DNA of 64,000 nucleotides from Lingula anatina (lineage: Eukaryota; Animalia; Brachiopoda). The notes beneath the pieces are model-generated. The model was not told where the DNA came from. It saw nothing but the letters and a program-made list of their open reading frames with translations, and searched no databases. The stretch spans positions 24,290,225-24,354,224 of the forward strand of contig CM120640.1 in the NCBI GenBank assembly GCA_051362555.1, in the 5' to 3' direction. Positions 48,223 to 62,600 of the stretch are shown piece by piece (the first letter of the stretch is position 1; each line of letters opens with the position of its first letter). The translations under genes and the position numbers were made by a program.

Positions 48223-50592
48223 AGGCAGGTCATCACCACATTGTCCATAAGTGCCATTTCACATAGGGTTTAAGCCAACAATGTCACAATCTGGGCATTT
48301 TATTGGTAGGAGGGAATATTCTACTTTATGCCATTACATGCACATGGGATAAGTTGCTTTAGGTTCTTGTTTGCTTGATTTCATGAAATTCAATTTATTT
48401 TTTAAGAACTGTTTTTGCTTCTGTCTTCTTCTATTAATTTCATCATGTATTTTGTTTCGCAATCCATGAAATCCTGTTATACAGTGCATCAGAAGTAATA
48501 TTTTTTATTTAATTTTTAATATGATTATGATCTCAGGTAAAAGAAATACCCCCCCCCCCCTCCTCACTGAAAGAAGTTTGTTACATGTCATTGAAAGAAT
48601 TAATTTGGACCAAAGACCCTCATAAATGGAAGTTACAGATTTTATCATTATAATTGCATGAATATATATATATATATATATAGTAACATTTTCCTGTGTC
48701 TTTGTGTGTAACAACTGTAGTATTCCAAGCTAAATTTTTATCAATATAATAGATATGAACCTGTTAAACAGAAAACGCCCCATCTTTGGTTTAAAACCAG
48801 CATGTTTGTGTAATCAGGCACAGTTCATTCACAATTGTACTTGAGCAGTGATAAAAATGTATATACATATCCATTCTGCATGTAAGGGCTGTGATATATT
48901 GAAAGAGGGTCCCAAATCAAGAATTTGAAGACCAGATAAGGCAGCATTTATGCCAGATAGATGACTTCTGTAAGAAACATAGACAATTTAGTAGCGTTTT
49001 TTTTTTTTTTTTTTTTTTTTGTCTGGCCATATTCTGATCAACCATCTGCTTTTATTTATTAATTTTTTTGGGGTAATTGCTTGATAGGAAAGTATATTTA
49101 TTACAGTATAGAAATTATGTTGTGTTAAACAGAGTTGATATTGGCATTATTTTCATGTTGTAAATATTTTCTTTATTTTGAGTGACGAATGGAGGGATGG
49201 ACCTTTTGCAATTGCACAAATGTAACCTAGCCAATTATTTATTATGTTTCACATTAAGTTTATTTGTATATTTTTAAAGTTAAACTGTGAACATGGGGCA
49301 TTTTAATCTCCCAACAGTCTAATTCATTATGGGGTAATTATATTCACTTATTGACATTAAACAAATTCATTTGTAGCAAGCATTTCCATTGGCCTTATTA
49401 TATGCACATTCCAAAGTTAAGATTTATCTTTTTTTGGGAGGTTAAATATATTCATAGCTTTACATCAAGCACCATTCTTGAAAAGGGGCATTTATATGTA
49501 TAGACTTAGAAGTTAGATGTTAATTATGCTATAATATTTTGTGACTAGACTTTTGTGATGCTTAGAATAAAAGTAGAATTTTGGTGATTTTGCCTCAAAA
49601 TACATCCCTTTTGGATTTTGCACTACAGTGGTTTACATTATCAATAAATCTTGTGTAGTGCAGAATCGTCCATAATGATCTGCTTAATATGCCTTGCATA
49701 AAGATTAATTTGTTTTGTTTAGAGGAATAAAGTAAAAACAATTGTGGTTGTACATTATTTAAACATTTCAGTTAGGTGGTTTATATTTATATATATAATT
49801 TTTAATATATTTTGAAACGGCTGGTTTTGTGGTGCATTTCATTGAAAATTATATTAAGGTGTAAACTGCATAAAGTTACGAGGTGGTCGTTTTCTCAAAT
49901 TTGTTCACAGATCCACCAGATGTCAAAACCAGAGTTTTAGTTCAATTTCTATATGTGTAACCTGTATTGGCTATTTTATGAAAAAATACTTGCAGTTTCA
50001 CTGATTATAAATGTTTTCAATGATTGCTCTGTAAAAATGCTGGCCATTGTTTCTTATAGAAACTATGTAAAAATAAATATATTAAATAAAGATATGGTTT
50101 TTATTTTCATGAAAGAAATGGAACTAAAAATGAATCATTCAGTTTCACGTTAAGTCCAATTGCCAGTCATTCAATACCTTTTCACCACATCTCAGTTTTT
50201 GTTCTTTCACAAAAAATGTAACATGTCATAAGTCCTGATATGGACAAGCCTTAACCTGGCTTCATATCTCTCTACATTAATATATTACTGATGCCATTTA
50301 TGACTACCTCTAAAGTATGTTCTCCCACTTGAAGAAAAACTCCATGATCACTTAATTTTACTACCTCCGGACATAGGGCTGAACTGAGAGATTAACCCGT
50401 GCATACCTGGAGATCATTAGCAAACACTATTTTGGAGTGAGCAGATGTGTAAAAAGTTTTTCTCTCTGAATTATCAAGCAGTCATAGAAAACAACTTTAG
50501 ACAGATAAGCAGCCCAAAAAAATCGAAAACAACTCTGTGCTATGCAGGCAATTGGGAGGAGGAGATAATTATTGAGCACTCAGCATTCAAAG

Positions 50593-52274
50593 CTATTCTG
50601 TCACATTGACTGTCCAGTTATCAGTCACTACCCTTGTCAGTCCAGCCCCATAATAATCTATCACATAGTGGGAGCCATCTGATGGGCCCACCACCTGGGC
50701 AGCTATAAGGATGATGTCTATTAACTGTCCTATAAACATGAAGCCCAATGTGCAGAACTTGAGTAAACCTGGAAAGCCAAGAGAATCTTTGCTTTTAGTG
50801 ATTTGTTAACCAAATATTGAACAGGAAATGGATATTGACGAAAGATGGGATACACATTTTGAGATTTAGTGAATATTTCAGTGCGTAAAGGAAGTGTCAT
50901 AACAGCCTCCATACTTTTGTTAAATTACAACAGGCTGCAATCATATATTGTTTGCAGTATACTGCATGCATGATACTAGTGGTGCCTCCATAACTAAATG
51001 TTCAACTTCTCAAAAATACAAATTTACCTATGGCTGGATATCCAAGATAGAATCTATCAATCCCAAACATCCCAAGAAATATTGATAGAAGCAAAGAGAC
51101 TTCAAAGGAATATCCGTTCCTATAAAAATCCAAAGCAAAAAGCATTACATCATTCTTTTTTAATGAAGAACACCGATTTGAACTTAAATTCCATTATAAA
51201 TATTATTTAATTAGTATTTTGAAAATCTTGAAAGGTCAATGACAAAAAAGAAAATTAATCACAAAAATAATAATATCAAATGAAAAATTAAAATTAATAA
51301 CAAAGACTGCCCTTCCAACTAGAAGAGCACACATACTTACGTCCACTTACAAGGCACCTTCATTTTGAAGCCCACAGTAGAACCATTGTGTCTCATCACA
51401 GCATTGCTTGTACATGTCTCATCTATACAACCTTCACATTCAATATCTGGTGCTGGCATGCAACTGACTAGAATATAAAATGTAGAACAATTTAGCAATA
51501 ACAATAACTTCTGAGCCATTGGACTAGTGAAACTGAACAAATATAAATATTCTGGACCCATGAACCATTTTACCATTATATCAAATAAAGCAATACTTCA
51601 CTACTCTTACCATCTATTAACTGGTTTTCTTTGGTACAGCCTCTTGCTTGTTGGGTGTCTGGATCTATCTCAGGCTCTTTGCATTTATATCTGTGTTTCA
51701 TCAAAGAAAAATGTACTATTTTTATGTATTGAAATATGAATGTATTGATATCATATGTATAAATGCCAGACTCCTAGTACTAATAAAGCTAACATGTATT
51801 AATGAATTGCACATTTGCCTCTGACCCATAAAGGAAGATTAAATAATCTCTCTCGTGTATGTTTTGACTTATATCAGTCATTTTTTGTGACTTTTTTCTT
51901 TCTAAAACTTTACCATACACTCATATACACTTTATACACTTATTAGCACAAGGATCAGACTAACAGGAGGATGTTTCCCCAAGACTTGTGTTCCAATAGC
52001 ACAACGGTGCATATTTCATACATGCAGATAAGAGTGCTAGAGTGGGATTACGCAGACTATCAAGCCTCCTGTTAAATAATTACTCCAGGTATATCCTAGT
52101 TTGAGCCTCAGGTAAAACAAATTGTAAATTAATTTATTCTGGGTGTATTAGATTTATAATACATAAAGGATACTGTCCTTTCAGAAGATCTGAGCAGTGC
52201 TTTGTACATAAAGAACCAGGTAGTGCTAGAGTAACAAGCACATACCACCATAATACAGCCGAATGTGTATTCAT
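50593..52274 (-). CDS. TM2D1: TM2 domain-containing protein 1 (beta-amyloid binding protein-like), ~191 aa
   Basis: Exons 52274-52174, 51690-51611, 51467-51341, 51119-51028, 50768-50593 join in frame. They give a signal peptide, CSDLLKGQYKCKEPEID, VSCMPAPDIEC, and a TM2 domain NGYSFEVSLLLSIFLGMFGIDRFYLGYPAIGLLKFCTLG...AQVVGPSDGSHYVIDYYG. Confidence 0.95.
51691..52173 (-). other. U12-type GT-AG intron in TM2D1
   Basis: Minus-strand donor GTATCCTTT at 52173. A branch-like TTCTTTGAT lies about 10 nt before ACAG, with no polypyrimidine tract in between. Confidence 0.85.
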
Positions 52275-52399
52275 AGTGTGAATGTGATAGTCAAGAGTAC
52301 ATCCTCTCTTCTGAGTTGTCTTAACTCCAAAGTGGGCACAAATTAAGCATAAATCAAGTACATCACATGGGTGCCTGCAAGATTTTAAATCGCAATTTA

Positions 52400-52847
52400 T
52401 CGTCAGATCTACATTCTGAATAGAAACATCACAATCTGACGGTAGATCTAGCTCAAAACCAACTCCAATGCAGCGCAGCCTATTTTCAGAGGGTAAAAAT
52501 CTTTCTTCCTCGAGCCCTAGACTTCGTCCGTCTTTTCCCTAGACCGTTGCACAGCAAAATTTTCTTCCTCCGCATACATAAAAAAAGCAAGATATCACAC
52601 AACAAGAATAAACAACATCACTTCTGTTGTATTTGTGGACGTCAATCGTTATTCTGTTAAATGTGACTCCAACAATGCAACTACAACTTAGGTAAAACTC
52701 CAAGCGGATGCTGTGGAGCGATTTACCGGAAGTTCGACCATTAAAGTAGTCCAGATTGCTGCAGGTACGAGGACACTCGGAAAACTTTTTTAATTTCGAA
52801 GTTAAGCGGTGGTCAGACAGCCAGGCCGTTGAGCCAGAGAGGAACAG
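52400..52847. promoter_or_regulatory. CpG-rich bidirectional promoter for TM2D1 and PATJ, including a probable non-coding first exon of PATJ
   Basis: ETS-type CCGGAAGT at 52726-52733 (the same motif occurs at 25477 and 26776). Donor CAG|GTATGT after 52847; acceptor at 54846 ahead of the PATJ ATG. Confidence 0.6.
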
Positions 52848-54921
52848 GTATGTAAGAAAAGAACGTTAAATTCATAACTGCAGGTGTGATCCACAAATTA
52901 ACTAATGGTTTATTTTAGTACGAAATATGTGGCACTCTTGACCAAACTTTGGTGACAATGTATGGGAATGACTGTTTTAACCCCGCCCAACTGGAGACCA
53001 CATAGACCTGTAGGTGAAGTTTCAGATCAAATCTTTTAATTTTTTTAAATTAATGCGTGTTATGCATGTGCAAAGTAATTGAAGAGCTTTGACTGCTGAC
53101 TGAATCTTTCTTCCGTGTAAGGGCAGTAACCTGTTGCATGCTGTTGAATTATTTATTTTCTCAATTTATCGCCATTTCGTTTTTAACTGTAGTGTATTGT
53201 TTTGAAATCATGCCAGATTCTAAGCCCTGTAAATCACACTAATTTTTGGAAAATTATGAGATTAAGTAACTGTCATAGCATGTCTTAGATTAAATTACTT
53301 GAGTAAAGAAATCATTTGCAGATACTACATATATTTCCTCAAATTAAATATAGAATACACACCAGGGTATGCATATTTGTGGTAAGCCAATAGGTATTAA
53401 AGTCAATGCCTATCCATCCATTTGGATAACTATTCATATATGTGATTAAACAGAGGAAAATTTGTTTTGATTTTGATAGTAATCTGACATTTCTACAGTT
53501 TTTTTTTTCGTGAAATCATAATAAATGAGTATCTGTTTAGTAAGTAACATCCTTACTACTAGTTGGATATTCACAAGACTTGGAACTGAGGTTATGAAGC
53601 TTTTTGCAATTAATTCTTAACAAGCAAAAAATTTAAAACTTCTAGTATTCATGTCTTCAGTGCATTCTAGATCTTAAGAAAAATGTTTGTTGTTTCATTG
53701 AGAAAATATACAGTTTGAAGCAAATTGCAGTTCTACTATGCTGGTCGCCCAAAAGAAAAAGCAAACTTGATCAGCAATGCAGATCACTTAAATCATTTTG
53801 AAAAGGCTTTGTTGATAAAGGTTGATTATAAATCCCTATCATCATGGATTAGCAGAGCAGTTGTGAATATATGTTATTGATATTTATCTCTGCTTAAAAA
53901 AGAAATAGAAAACTGTTGTGTTCTATATATAGATGGAAGTCTGCTTGCAGCAACCACAATTTCAATCAGAAAAAAATCATATAAAATGTGACTTTTGGTA
54001 AAATTCCAAAGCAATTTCCTATGATGCAACTTACAGAAAATTAATTTTTACCATTGTATCTTACTGACTTACCCAGAATTTTTCAAGGAGGGAGGAAAGG
54101 AGAAGTTATGTGTCCCCTGTCATCCTTAAAACTCTTGTGGCTATGTATTTTATAAGTCCATATTCTTAGTGGAGAAGCCCATTGTATTCCTGGTAGTAGA
54201 CTGATAATATTTGGTGCAGGATTGCTTTGTAAGAATAAAGTTGAAACTGATTGCTAGCAAAATATGATTCTGGATGAGGAAACCTTCTCACTTGTGTAGA
54301 TCAATTTCTAGGTAAGGTCAGATACGTGCAAACATTAACCCCAGATTGTAAACAAGTGGTATTTAGTTTTAGCCATAGCATAAACAGGAGTATAAATTGC
54401 AGATGTTTAAATTCCACAGTTGGCTCTTTGATGTGAAATAAATTGGTATATTTGACAGTGAGAAATTTACCTATTTAAACAGAGAAAGAAAGAAATTAAA
54501 GTTGTGAAAGAATTTAATCAGTTTGACATTAAACTTCTGATTAAGACCACACTGATTCAGTGAATTAAATTTATTGCTGTAGATTGATTTTCTGTTTTTT
54601 TTTCTTTGTTATATTATAGTAATGATATATTCATGGTGCTCTGTTACAGTTTAGCCTTAGAAGCAAAAATTCAATAGCTGAATTGTCCAACTCTCATATG
54701 GAGGATGTTGCATGACTATCGAGTTGTTCATCTTTGTGGTATTGCTGTAATTAGCTGCTGACAAATCTATGTTTCATGACTTTTCTTCAGAACCCTTGTA
54801 CAGTATATTGGATATAGCATTATAAGCATTATTCAACTGTTTTCAGAGTTGCCATATCTGCTGACCTTGCCTAGACAATATATGAATGGGGTTATATACC
54901 AGGCTGTGTTAACCCAACAAG

Positions 54922-56655
54922 ATGGCTCTCCAAGCAGGTATGTTTGGTTGGACTTGTTATCAAGTATTCGTCAAAAGTAATGGTCTTGAGAAACTGTTGT
55001 ACCCTGCCTCATATTTAAACAATTTTTTACTAATATGTGTTTTAGCTAGTTAAATTATCATTAATAGCCAAATTTAAGTTTTGGTTCCAAACACTACTGC
55101 AGTTTCAATTGGCTTTTTTTTTCAGTTTGAACAATTCTAACAGCTAAAGATGTAAAAGTTTTAATTAGTATTAGGAATTGTGTTCAGGTGTATTTCTAAT
55201 ACTGTAGGAAGCAGTTATATAACAAACGTAGATTTATCCTAGTATCAGTTGATTAAAAAAATATTTGTCAATCTGAAGCATTTTGAGGGTCCTAAAAATT
55301 ATTCCTGCTGGGGATTTTTCCTGCAGTTTTGATGTGTGTACTTCCATTTTAACGTAGAAAATAACAAAAATTTGTAAGCTGAAAGTGCGTGCATTAGATT
55401 TTCTTTTTCTTTCTCAGTAAGCATTATGTTGGAAATCTCTCAATGCCTCATTTTAAACAGGTTTCCATTATTCTGTCAATTTACACTTTGACAAGAACAA
55501 TTCTAATAGTTTTTCCTTTTCTTGCAGACACTCAGCATGCTTTAGAGCTTTTGCTCCAGATTCAGGAGCAAATAAAAGACACCGGAGACCCTTCCCTAGA
55601 AGATGAGATAGCCTCTATCATTTGTATGCTAGACTCTCCAGTGTTCAGTCGTCTTCTCTCCATACAGACCTCTCTACAAGAGTTGAAACAAGTTCATGAC
55701 ACTCAGGGGTTGAGCGAAGAAGACTTTAACTTTTCTCCATCTGGAGACTTAGTTATCAGACCAGAGGTGGCAGAGAAGTAAGTTGGTCATGTGTTTATTA
55801 TAATGGTAGCATATATACATAAAACTCGCCATTTTAACTTCAACCTGCAGTGCTAGTATGAATAATAGTTCTGAGAATATCACAGCAATATGCCCATGAT
55901 ACTAGTTTAAGTACCTTCTGACAGACAGTTGTTAAAAAGTGATTATGTTAAGAAAGTTGTCACTTCTATCATATTGTTAATGTATTTGAAAATTGGTTAA
56001 TGGACTTGTTAAAAGAAGTCTATATTTTAGTTGAAAATTTCAGGCATTCTTAAAGAACGAAGGGTAACCTTACCTCCAAAGAAATATTGGTATCATTTTA
56101 TAGTGATGAAATGTTTTTTGTTAGAGCTTTTTAAGTGACATAATATGGGATGATCTGCCAGTCTGCATTGCATTGGATACTCAACAAATCTCATGTATTG
56201 AGAAATTGATCCTGGGAATTCAGAGCAGCATGCAGACATAAATGGCTGTCAATCTTACAGATGCTCCAAGGAATATGCTCTATCACACATGCAGGGTCGG
56301 GCCTCTCACTCTGTATTTTTAATGTAAATGAAAATATAATGGCTGATTGATATAAATCCGATTTTTGTGCCACTTATTTCTTTTTAAGGTATGAGAATCA
56401 AGCGACTCTGCCACTGAACCGAAATGCTAGGCAAGAAGGTACTCCACCCCAAGAGCACCCAGCCCGACCGCTTACAGAAGAGGATTTCAGGGAGGCCATA
56501 GAAACTGCAGCACAAGGCAGACAGGTCATATATGTCCAGCTGACCAAAGAGGAGGGGAAGAGTCTTGGGTTCAGCGTGGTTGGCTTGAAAAGTGAAAATA
56601 GAGGAGAACTTGGGATTTTTGTTAAAGAGATCCAGCCAGGTGGAATAGCTGCTCA
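54922..56655 (+). CDS. PATJ: PATJ/MPDZ multi-PDZ scaffold, 5' part (L27 domain and start of PDZ1); continues off-window
   Basis: Exons 54922-54937, 55528-55777, 56389-56655. L27 region MALQADTQHALELL...LDSPVFSRLLSIQTSLQELK; PDZ1 SLGFSVVGLKSENRGELGIFVKEIQPGGIAA. No next exon was found in the remaining ~7.3 kb. Confidence 0.9.
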
Positions 56656-59600
56656 GTAAGTATAGGAATTGTTTAGTTTAGTTTTATTTGGAATGTTATG
56701 ATGAGTGTATTTCATGTAGCAATATATACAGTAATATGTAAAATGGTAGATAATTCAGCAATTAAAAGATTCTTGTCCTGTGCATCATTGACTAGATATT
56801 TACAAATACTAAGTTCATCTTGCAATACACTAAGTGATCAGAATGAGATGTATTTCTATGTTTATTTTCAACCAGTTAATTATCATTATCCTTTCCTTGT
56901 TTTTCTGCTTTGAATTTTATAGCTATCACTTATACCTGTCTTGACTATTTTTAGTATTTTTAAAACCTCATAAACCATGGTCCACCTCAAGTGAACTTTT
57001 AATACTGTTTCCTCGACCTTGGCAATCATGTGTAAACATTAAGACTTAATTTATCTGAAAGGATGCTGATTAACATTCTAAAATTAATTTTCTGTATTTA
57101 CACTAATCATAAAAAATCCCAAAGTGGCCATTTATTATATTGCTTTTAATTCTTGAGATATGTGGAGTCCTTATTTGAGTATAATGCCAGCAAATTGCTC
57201 CAGAGGGATTTTGTATTTACCTGAAATGTTTACTTATTTTGCTTTATCATGCCAATTTGTGTTCTAGTTGTTATTAAATTCATGGGTTACCAATCTCTTT
57301 AATTAGCTTTGCGTTGCACAATATGGGGCAAATTGCTTTGATTCTATGATTCCCAATTCCATTGTATGTAATACTGTTTTAAATATATGTGTTATGGTGT
57401 GTACGTAAAGCAATATTACTAGGCACAATTTTTGTTTCTTCAAAATAATTGGTTCATTCGTCCAATCTTTATTCAAACCTTCATGAGACGGTAAAAGTGT
57501 TATTTATCATGCTCAAGAGCAATTTTTTTCTAAACCTCTACCTTTTCCCCTTGTGCCACCCCTTCCCCCTAAACAAAATCATGGATCCACTAATGTCTCG
57601 GGGTAGATTCACATTGATGGCTCAATTATCAGAAGTGACATATAATTGTGAATGTTTACTTAATTGTAGCCCAGAAGTTTGCTTCTTTGGTAAAAAAAGA
57701 AAAAAAATGGAATGCTGAATTTTTGTGAGCTTGAAAATGTTCCTTCCAGGCATTGCATGGAATGACGTGTATAATTGAAGCAGAAGTGAATATCCACTTA
57801 AGCAAAATAAAATTTGTATGCATTGATGGTAATCTGTAAGAAAGAAGAAAAAGAAGTGAATTTGCTTGATTGTATATTTGAAGCAAAAGCAATATATAAT
57901 TTATATACATTTAGCTTGATAGCAATCTATAATGAATATAAAAAAATTGAATGGGGATGGAATATTTATAGGGCTTAAAATGACAGGTTATTTCCTTAAG
58001 TGTTATGGTGTGTGGGGTAATGGTTTGTCTCATGTTCTAGTCTTTATATGCTTGTTTCATGTTACAGTCTATAGGTGTCAGCACGTATCATCTCTTAGTC
58101 TTCACTTGATCTGCTTTGTGTTTGAAGTTAAAAGAGAATTTTTAAAAAATATTTTTGTGATGGAGAAGTTCCTGGTTAAAGGATAATCAGTTTAAAGGTT
58201 TGGTATCCTCAGCACTTGTTTGTGTGAACTCTGTGTAGGCCTGGTCCTTTGCAGTGCAGCGCATGAAGGATGTTCCATGTTTTTATTGATTTTCAGGATA
58301 TTATGTTGTTGGTGGGTTTTCTTTGCTTAATTCCCTTTACATTGGTTGTGTCAGTCCTCAGCTTGAGGGTATTGATTGCCTAGGTTGATTGTGTTTTCCC
58401 TGTGGTTGATGTTGCATTTCCATATTGATTGTGTTGTCTTGACATTAAATTGAAAGGTACTGAAATAAGATTTCTGGTATGAATCTGCAATTAGTTTAAT
58501 GTACTGGGTGCTGGAAAGGTGGTCATATTACTGCTGGGTGCAGTTTCTTTTTGTATAATGGGAAGCAAGCATCATTTCTTCAGTGCTAAACAAAATGAAT
58601 AAATAGCCTTCAACAAATTGTTTTGAAATGGACATAAGTGTCTTAGATGGAAAGCTGTAATTTGGATATAAGCCATGGTTGAATGTTAATTCCATGGATA
58701 AATTGTAATTGATAGTGTTTTAGGTAATTTGGGCTGTCATCATAGAAAGTGACAAAAGTAGTGTGGTAAAGCCCACATCCACATGGCAACCAACTTGGTG
58801 AATATCAATGGGACATGTTGCTTGGTTACCAAGTGCTTTTGTACAGCTTTTTTATTTGCTTTGTGTCAGCATCTTACTTTTATTTTTTGTTTGCTGGGAA
58901 TGTATCACTTTGTGTAATAGTATTGATTTCCATTGTTTGTAAAAGTTAGTGATGATGGGTTAGGACACATATGATCAATTATAAAATGGAAAGAGAAAAT
59001 ATAATTTCGGGAATAGGGAAAGTTTCCTTTAGGGCAAGTTTCCTTTTGCCATTGCTATCCCATTCTTTGCTTTTAAAATTGGAAAAACTGAAGCTCAGAC
59101 ATTTTGTCCTGTGAAACCTCTGACAGCAGGACTATATATCAAAACGAGTCCTTTATCTGTTGAAGCAAAGTGCACCATAAGTCAAGTGATCATGTCAATG
59201 AATTGGGTATCCAGAATGAGTTACATAACAATACATGCTATGTTGACAATGTAATACTAAGTGAATTGACATACGTATCTCTGCAATCGATACTTATCTA
59301 TTAACCTTACTCATCAATCAAGCTATCATTATAGACCTTTAATTGAGTCGATGCCACAACAGATACATCTATATGATATTGGATAAAAATATTTCTTATC
59401 GCAGTTGTGTTATATTTTTCTGGGAAGTCCGTAGCAACAAACTAGTATCAGCTCTGAAGCATGAACCGCAACTAATTGAAAAAAGAAACAGCTATTAGAT
59501 GTGACCATTTTGAATTATTAATGAATCATCCCAGTTGTGCTATATTTAATTATAGGCAGCCCTGACATTAAACATTAAGTAGCATCTAGTTTAAGCAGTA

Positions 59601-62600
59601 GAATTAATTTACCCTGTGCATAGTCTGATTAGCGGGCAGCATTGAAATTGCCTACTAGGATGAATGTCATGCATGTGAATTCTCCAGATCCATTACTATT
59701 GTACAGAGTTTGCTTCTTAAACAAATTCCGGTCCATCTGCATCAATAACTTGCCTGTCCTATTTGCTGTGAAAACAAAATAACTGGGAAGAGTTAATAAT
59801 ACATTGATCAATATAGGTCTTTTTGACCTCATCTATTTTGCAAGATTTTGTCACCCTTGTTCGTCTATTCCAAATCTGACTTGGAACTAGCGTGTGAGTG
59901 GCCTCTGGCTGCTGGGCTCCTTTAGGAACTCCCAGGTCTTGGTCTTGCTTCCTCTGATATCCTTAAGGGCTGTCCCCTGGATATGGATTTGATAAGTTGA
60001 CAAGGTAGATGAACTATTTACACATCAGACGTCATTTACATCTAGGCTCAATATCTTTCATCTACAACAGTCCAAGCATTATGGGAATTAAATGGTCTGC
60101 ATTGAGACAGTTGCCACTGCGGCTGTGTTGCAGTGCATGATAAGGGCTCTGTAGTGTTTGGTGAAATTTCCAGGAAGATTCCTCTCAGTTTTTGTGACCA
60201 TGTGACATTTTCTAAGGAGTCCTGATTCAGGAGACTAGACGGACTTCCTTGAAAATGAGCCAGAGAATGTAGTTTCATATGGATGAGTTATTGGTACAAC
60301 TCTCTACAGGATGATAATTGCAGATTGGTTGATAGGTAGAAAAGCCAACCAGATCGGTTGCCAAGCATGTGGATGTAATGTAATATTTACCTGGAATTTC
60401 TAGAAATACCAGAGTCCAGGCATCAAATAAGTCAAGCTCAAAAGATATAAACTCCACTGCTTGATGGAAGGCAGGGATATTTGATTACAGTCAGTGCACA
60501 TCTTGAGTGCTAAACCTTTCAACTTTACTGGGAATTAGAACACTGGCCAGCAGTCTATATTACTACATCAACTGTATAATATATTGGCCTGGTTTATTGA
60601 ATGCTTTCTAAATATATGGGTGAAACATTCAGGTTGGATTGTAAAATGTTGAACAGAACTATAGAAGGAAGGTGTTGATTGCAGGTAGTAGGTAAGTACA
60701 CAACCATGGAGGTTCTCCCTATTTGAGGTAGCTTTAACATCACCTTCCTCATGTTGTACTTTAAAGCATGGCTAATGCTTTGTATTGATTTTATATCTTT
60801 CATTGCTTTGAAATTCCCTATCATACCACTACAGCTGATGTGACTTAAATCTAAACAGCATTTTTTTTCGGCCATTACATTCTGGGTGTTGAAGCATACG
60901 GTCTTCTGGGTCAGCCTTGCCACATGTGTATTGCATTTTCACCTGAATGAAACACTGACAGACTGTAGATAATGCTACTATGATATGCTTTATTGTGTTT
61001 CCCTGAAATACTGGGTGTTTGGTTTCTGATAAATGGAACATTGGCATTATTTGTCTATTCAGCCATATTCCAGTCAGTGATGATGGGAAACATATAAATC
61101 AGAATGATTGCCTTGGATCCTGCACACAGGTAACTGTTGTGCAGGATGGAAAGGTGAAGCTGGCATGGGCTGTCCATTCATTTGATAATGTAGACCACAG
61201 CAATTGGGCCTCCTCCAAGTGATCATATAGAATGTTAATATCCCTTATGACTACAGGGTATTTATAATGAATATGGTAAGTCTCTGAAGTATTATTATGG
61301 TTAATTATTCCAAGAGAATATGTTTTATGCAATGATGTCTGGCACATACTATAAAAGCGGCATATTTCATAAGTGTGTAGTCTTGATGCTTGCACTTAAA
61401 TGTCTGTTAAGCGTTGATCTATTGCTTGATGGAAGTGGGCCCACATTTAACTATATTATCTTCATATTAGCATTCTAAATACCGTTTATTCTCTCTGGAG
61501 TTTTGATGGCCTCATTGACAATGAGGCAATAAAGAATTTAGCCTTTAAATTTTCATCTTAAATACAGCATGTTGAGTTTCACTTGTTATATTTCTCTAAC
61601 CAGGAAAACTTACTTTAGTAATTTTAAATTTACAGTATCAAAAGCTTTGTTTGAAAATGTAGATTTATTGCACAATAATGTTTTGCCATGTATATCACAT
61701 ACTCAGTGTCTAAAAGACAACCAGGATAAAAAGTGTCTGTTGTTTGCAGATTCTTGGCACTTTGTGTTATTATAAATCTGTGTGTCATTCGTTCAAATAC
61801 TTGTGGCAGCCTAATTCTGAGAAGTACATTTGGTCAAAAAAGCCAAATTTATATCTCCCATTTCGCTTTCAGAATAAAAAACCTGACCTTGTATGCTGCT
61901 AAAGTTTTGTTATATTAAAAACATCAAATCTTTTTAAGTGTTGATTTATTCAATTTCTTACCAAGAAATTGTGGTAATTCAGTTTTAAAATGAAACCTTA
62001 ATATAATTTGTATTATATCCCAATTTTTTCGTGATTTTTTCAGCATCATCATGACATATACTCCCCCCCCCCCACCCCCACTGGAGTCCCATATAAACAA
62101 ATCCTTTCTGTACATTTCTTTTTCCAGAAAAGTCCTACTGGGACCTACAGAGTTGAATATTAGTCAATTATAAGTCAACTAATTCATTATAGGGAGGACT
62201 TTCTTTATTTATTTGAAGAAACTCATCAATATTTAATGGATATGTATGGCAGTAACATTTTGTTATACTGAGCTCTAATCATTCAACAAAAAGAACAGGA
62301 ATAGACATACAGCAGTGAACCCTCTGTCCCAGATGATACTGTGTTTGTGACAAACAGGAACATTTAATTTCAGAAGACATAAATGTTAATTAAATTTGTG
62401 TCCAAGAATCAAAAGTGGAATCCTTTTAAAAAACTTTTTCAAGTCAATAATTCCTTAGTTGCATATAATACAGCTTTGCCCTGTTGAAATTCTTTAGTCA
62501 TTCAACAATGTTACAAGGAAAAAAACATAAGCAAGTCCAGTTCAGAATTGTTTTTGAAATTTGTGTGACATAACAACAGCTGTTTCTTGTTTAATGAGTT

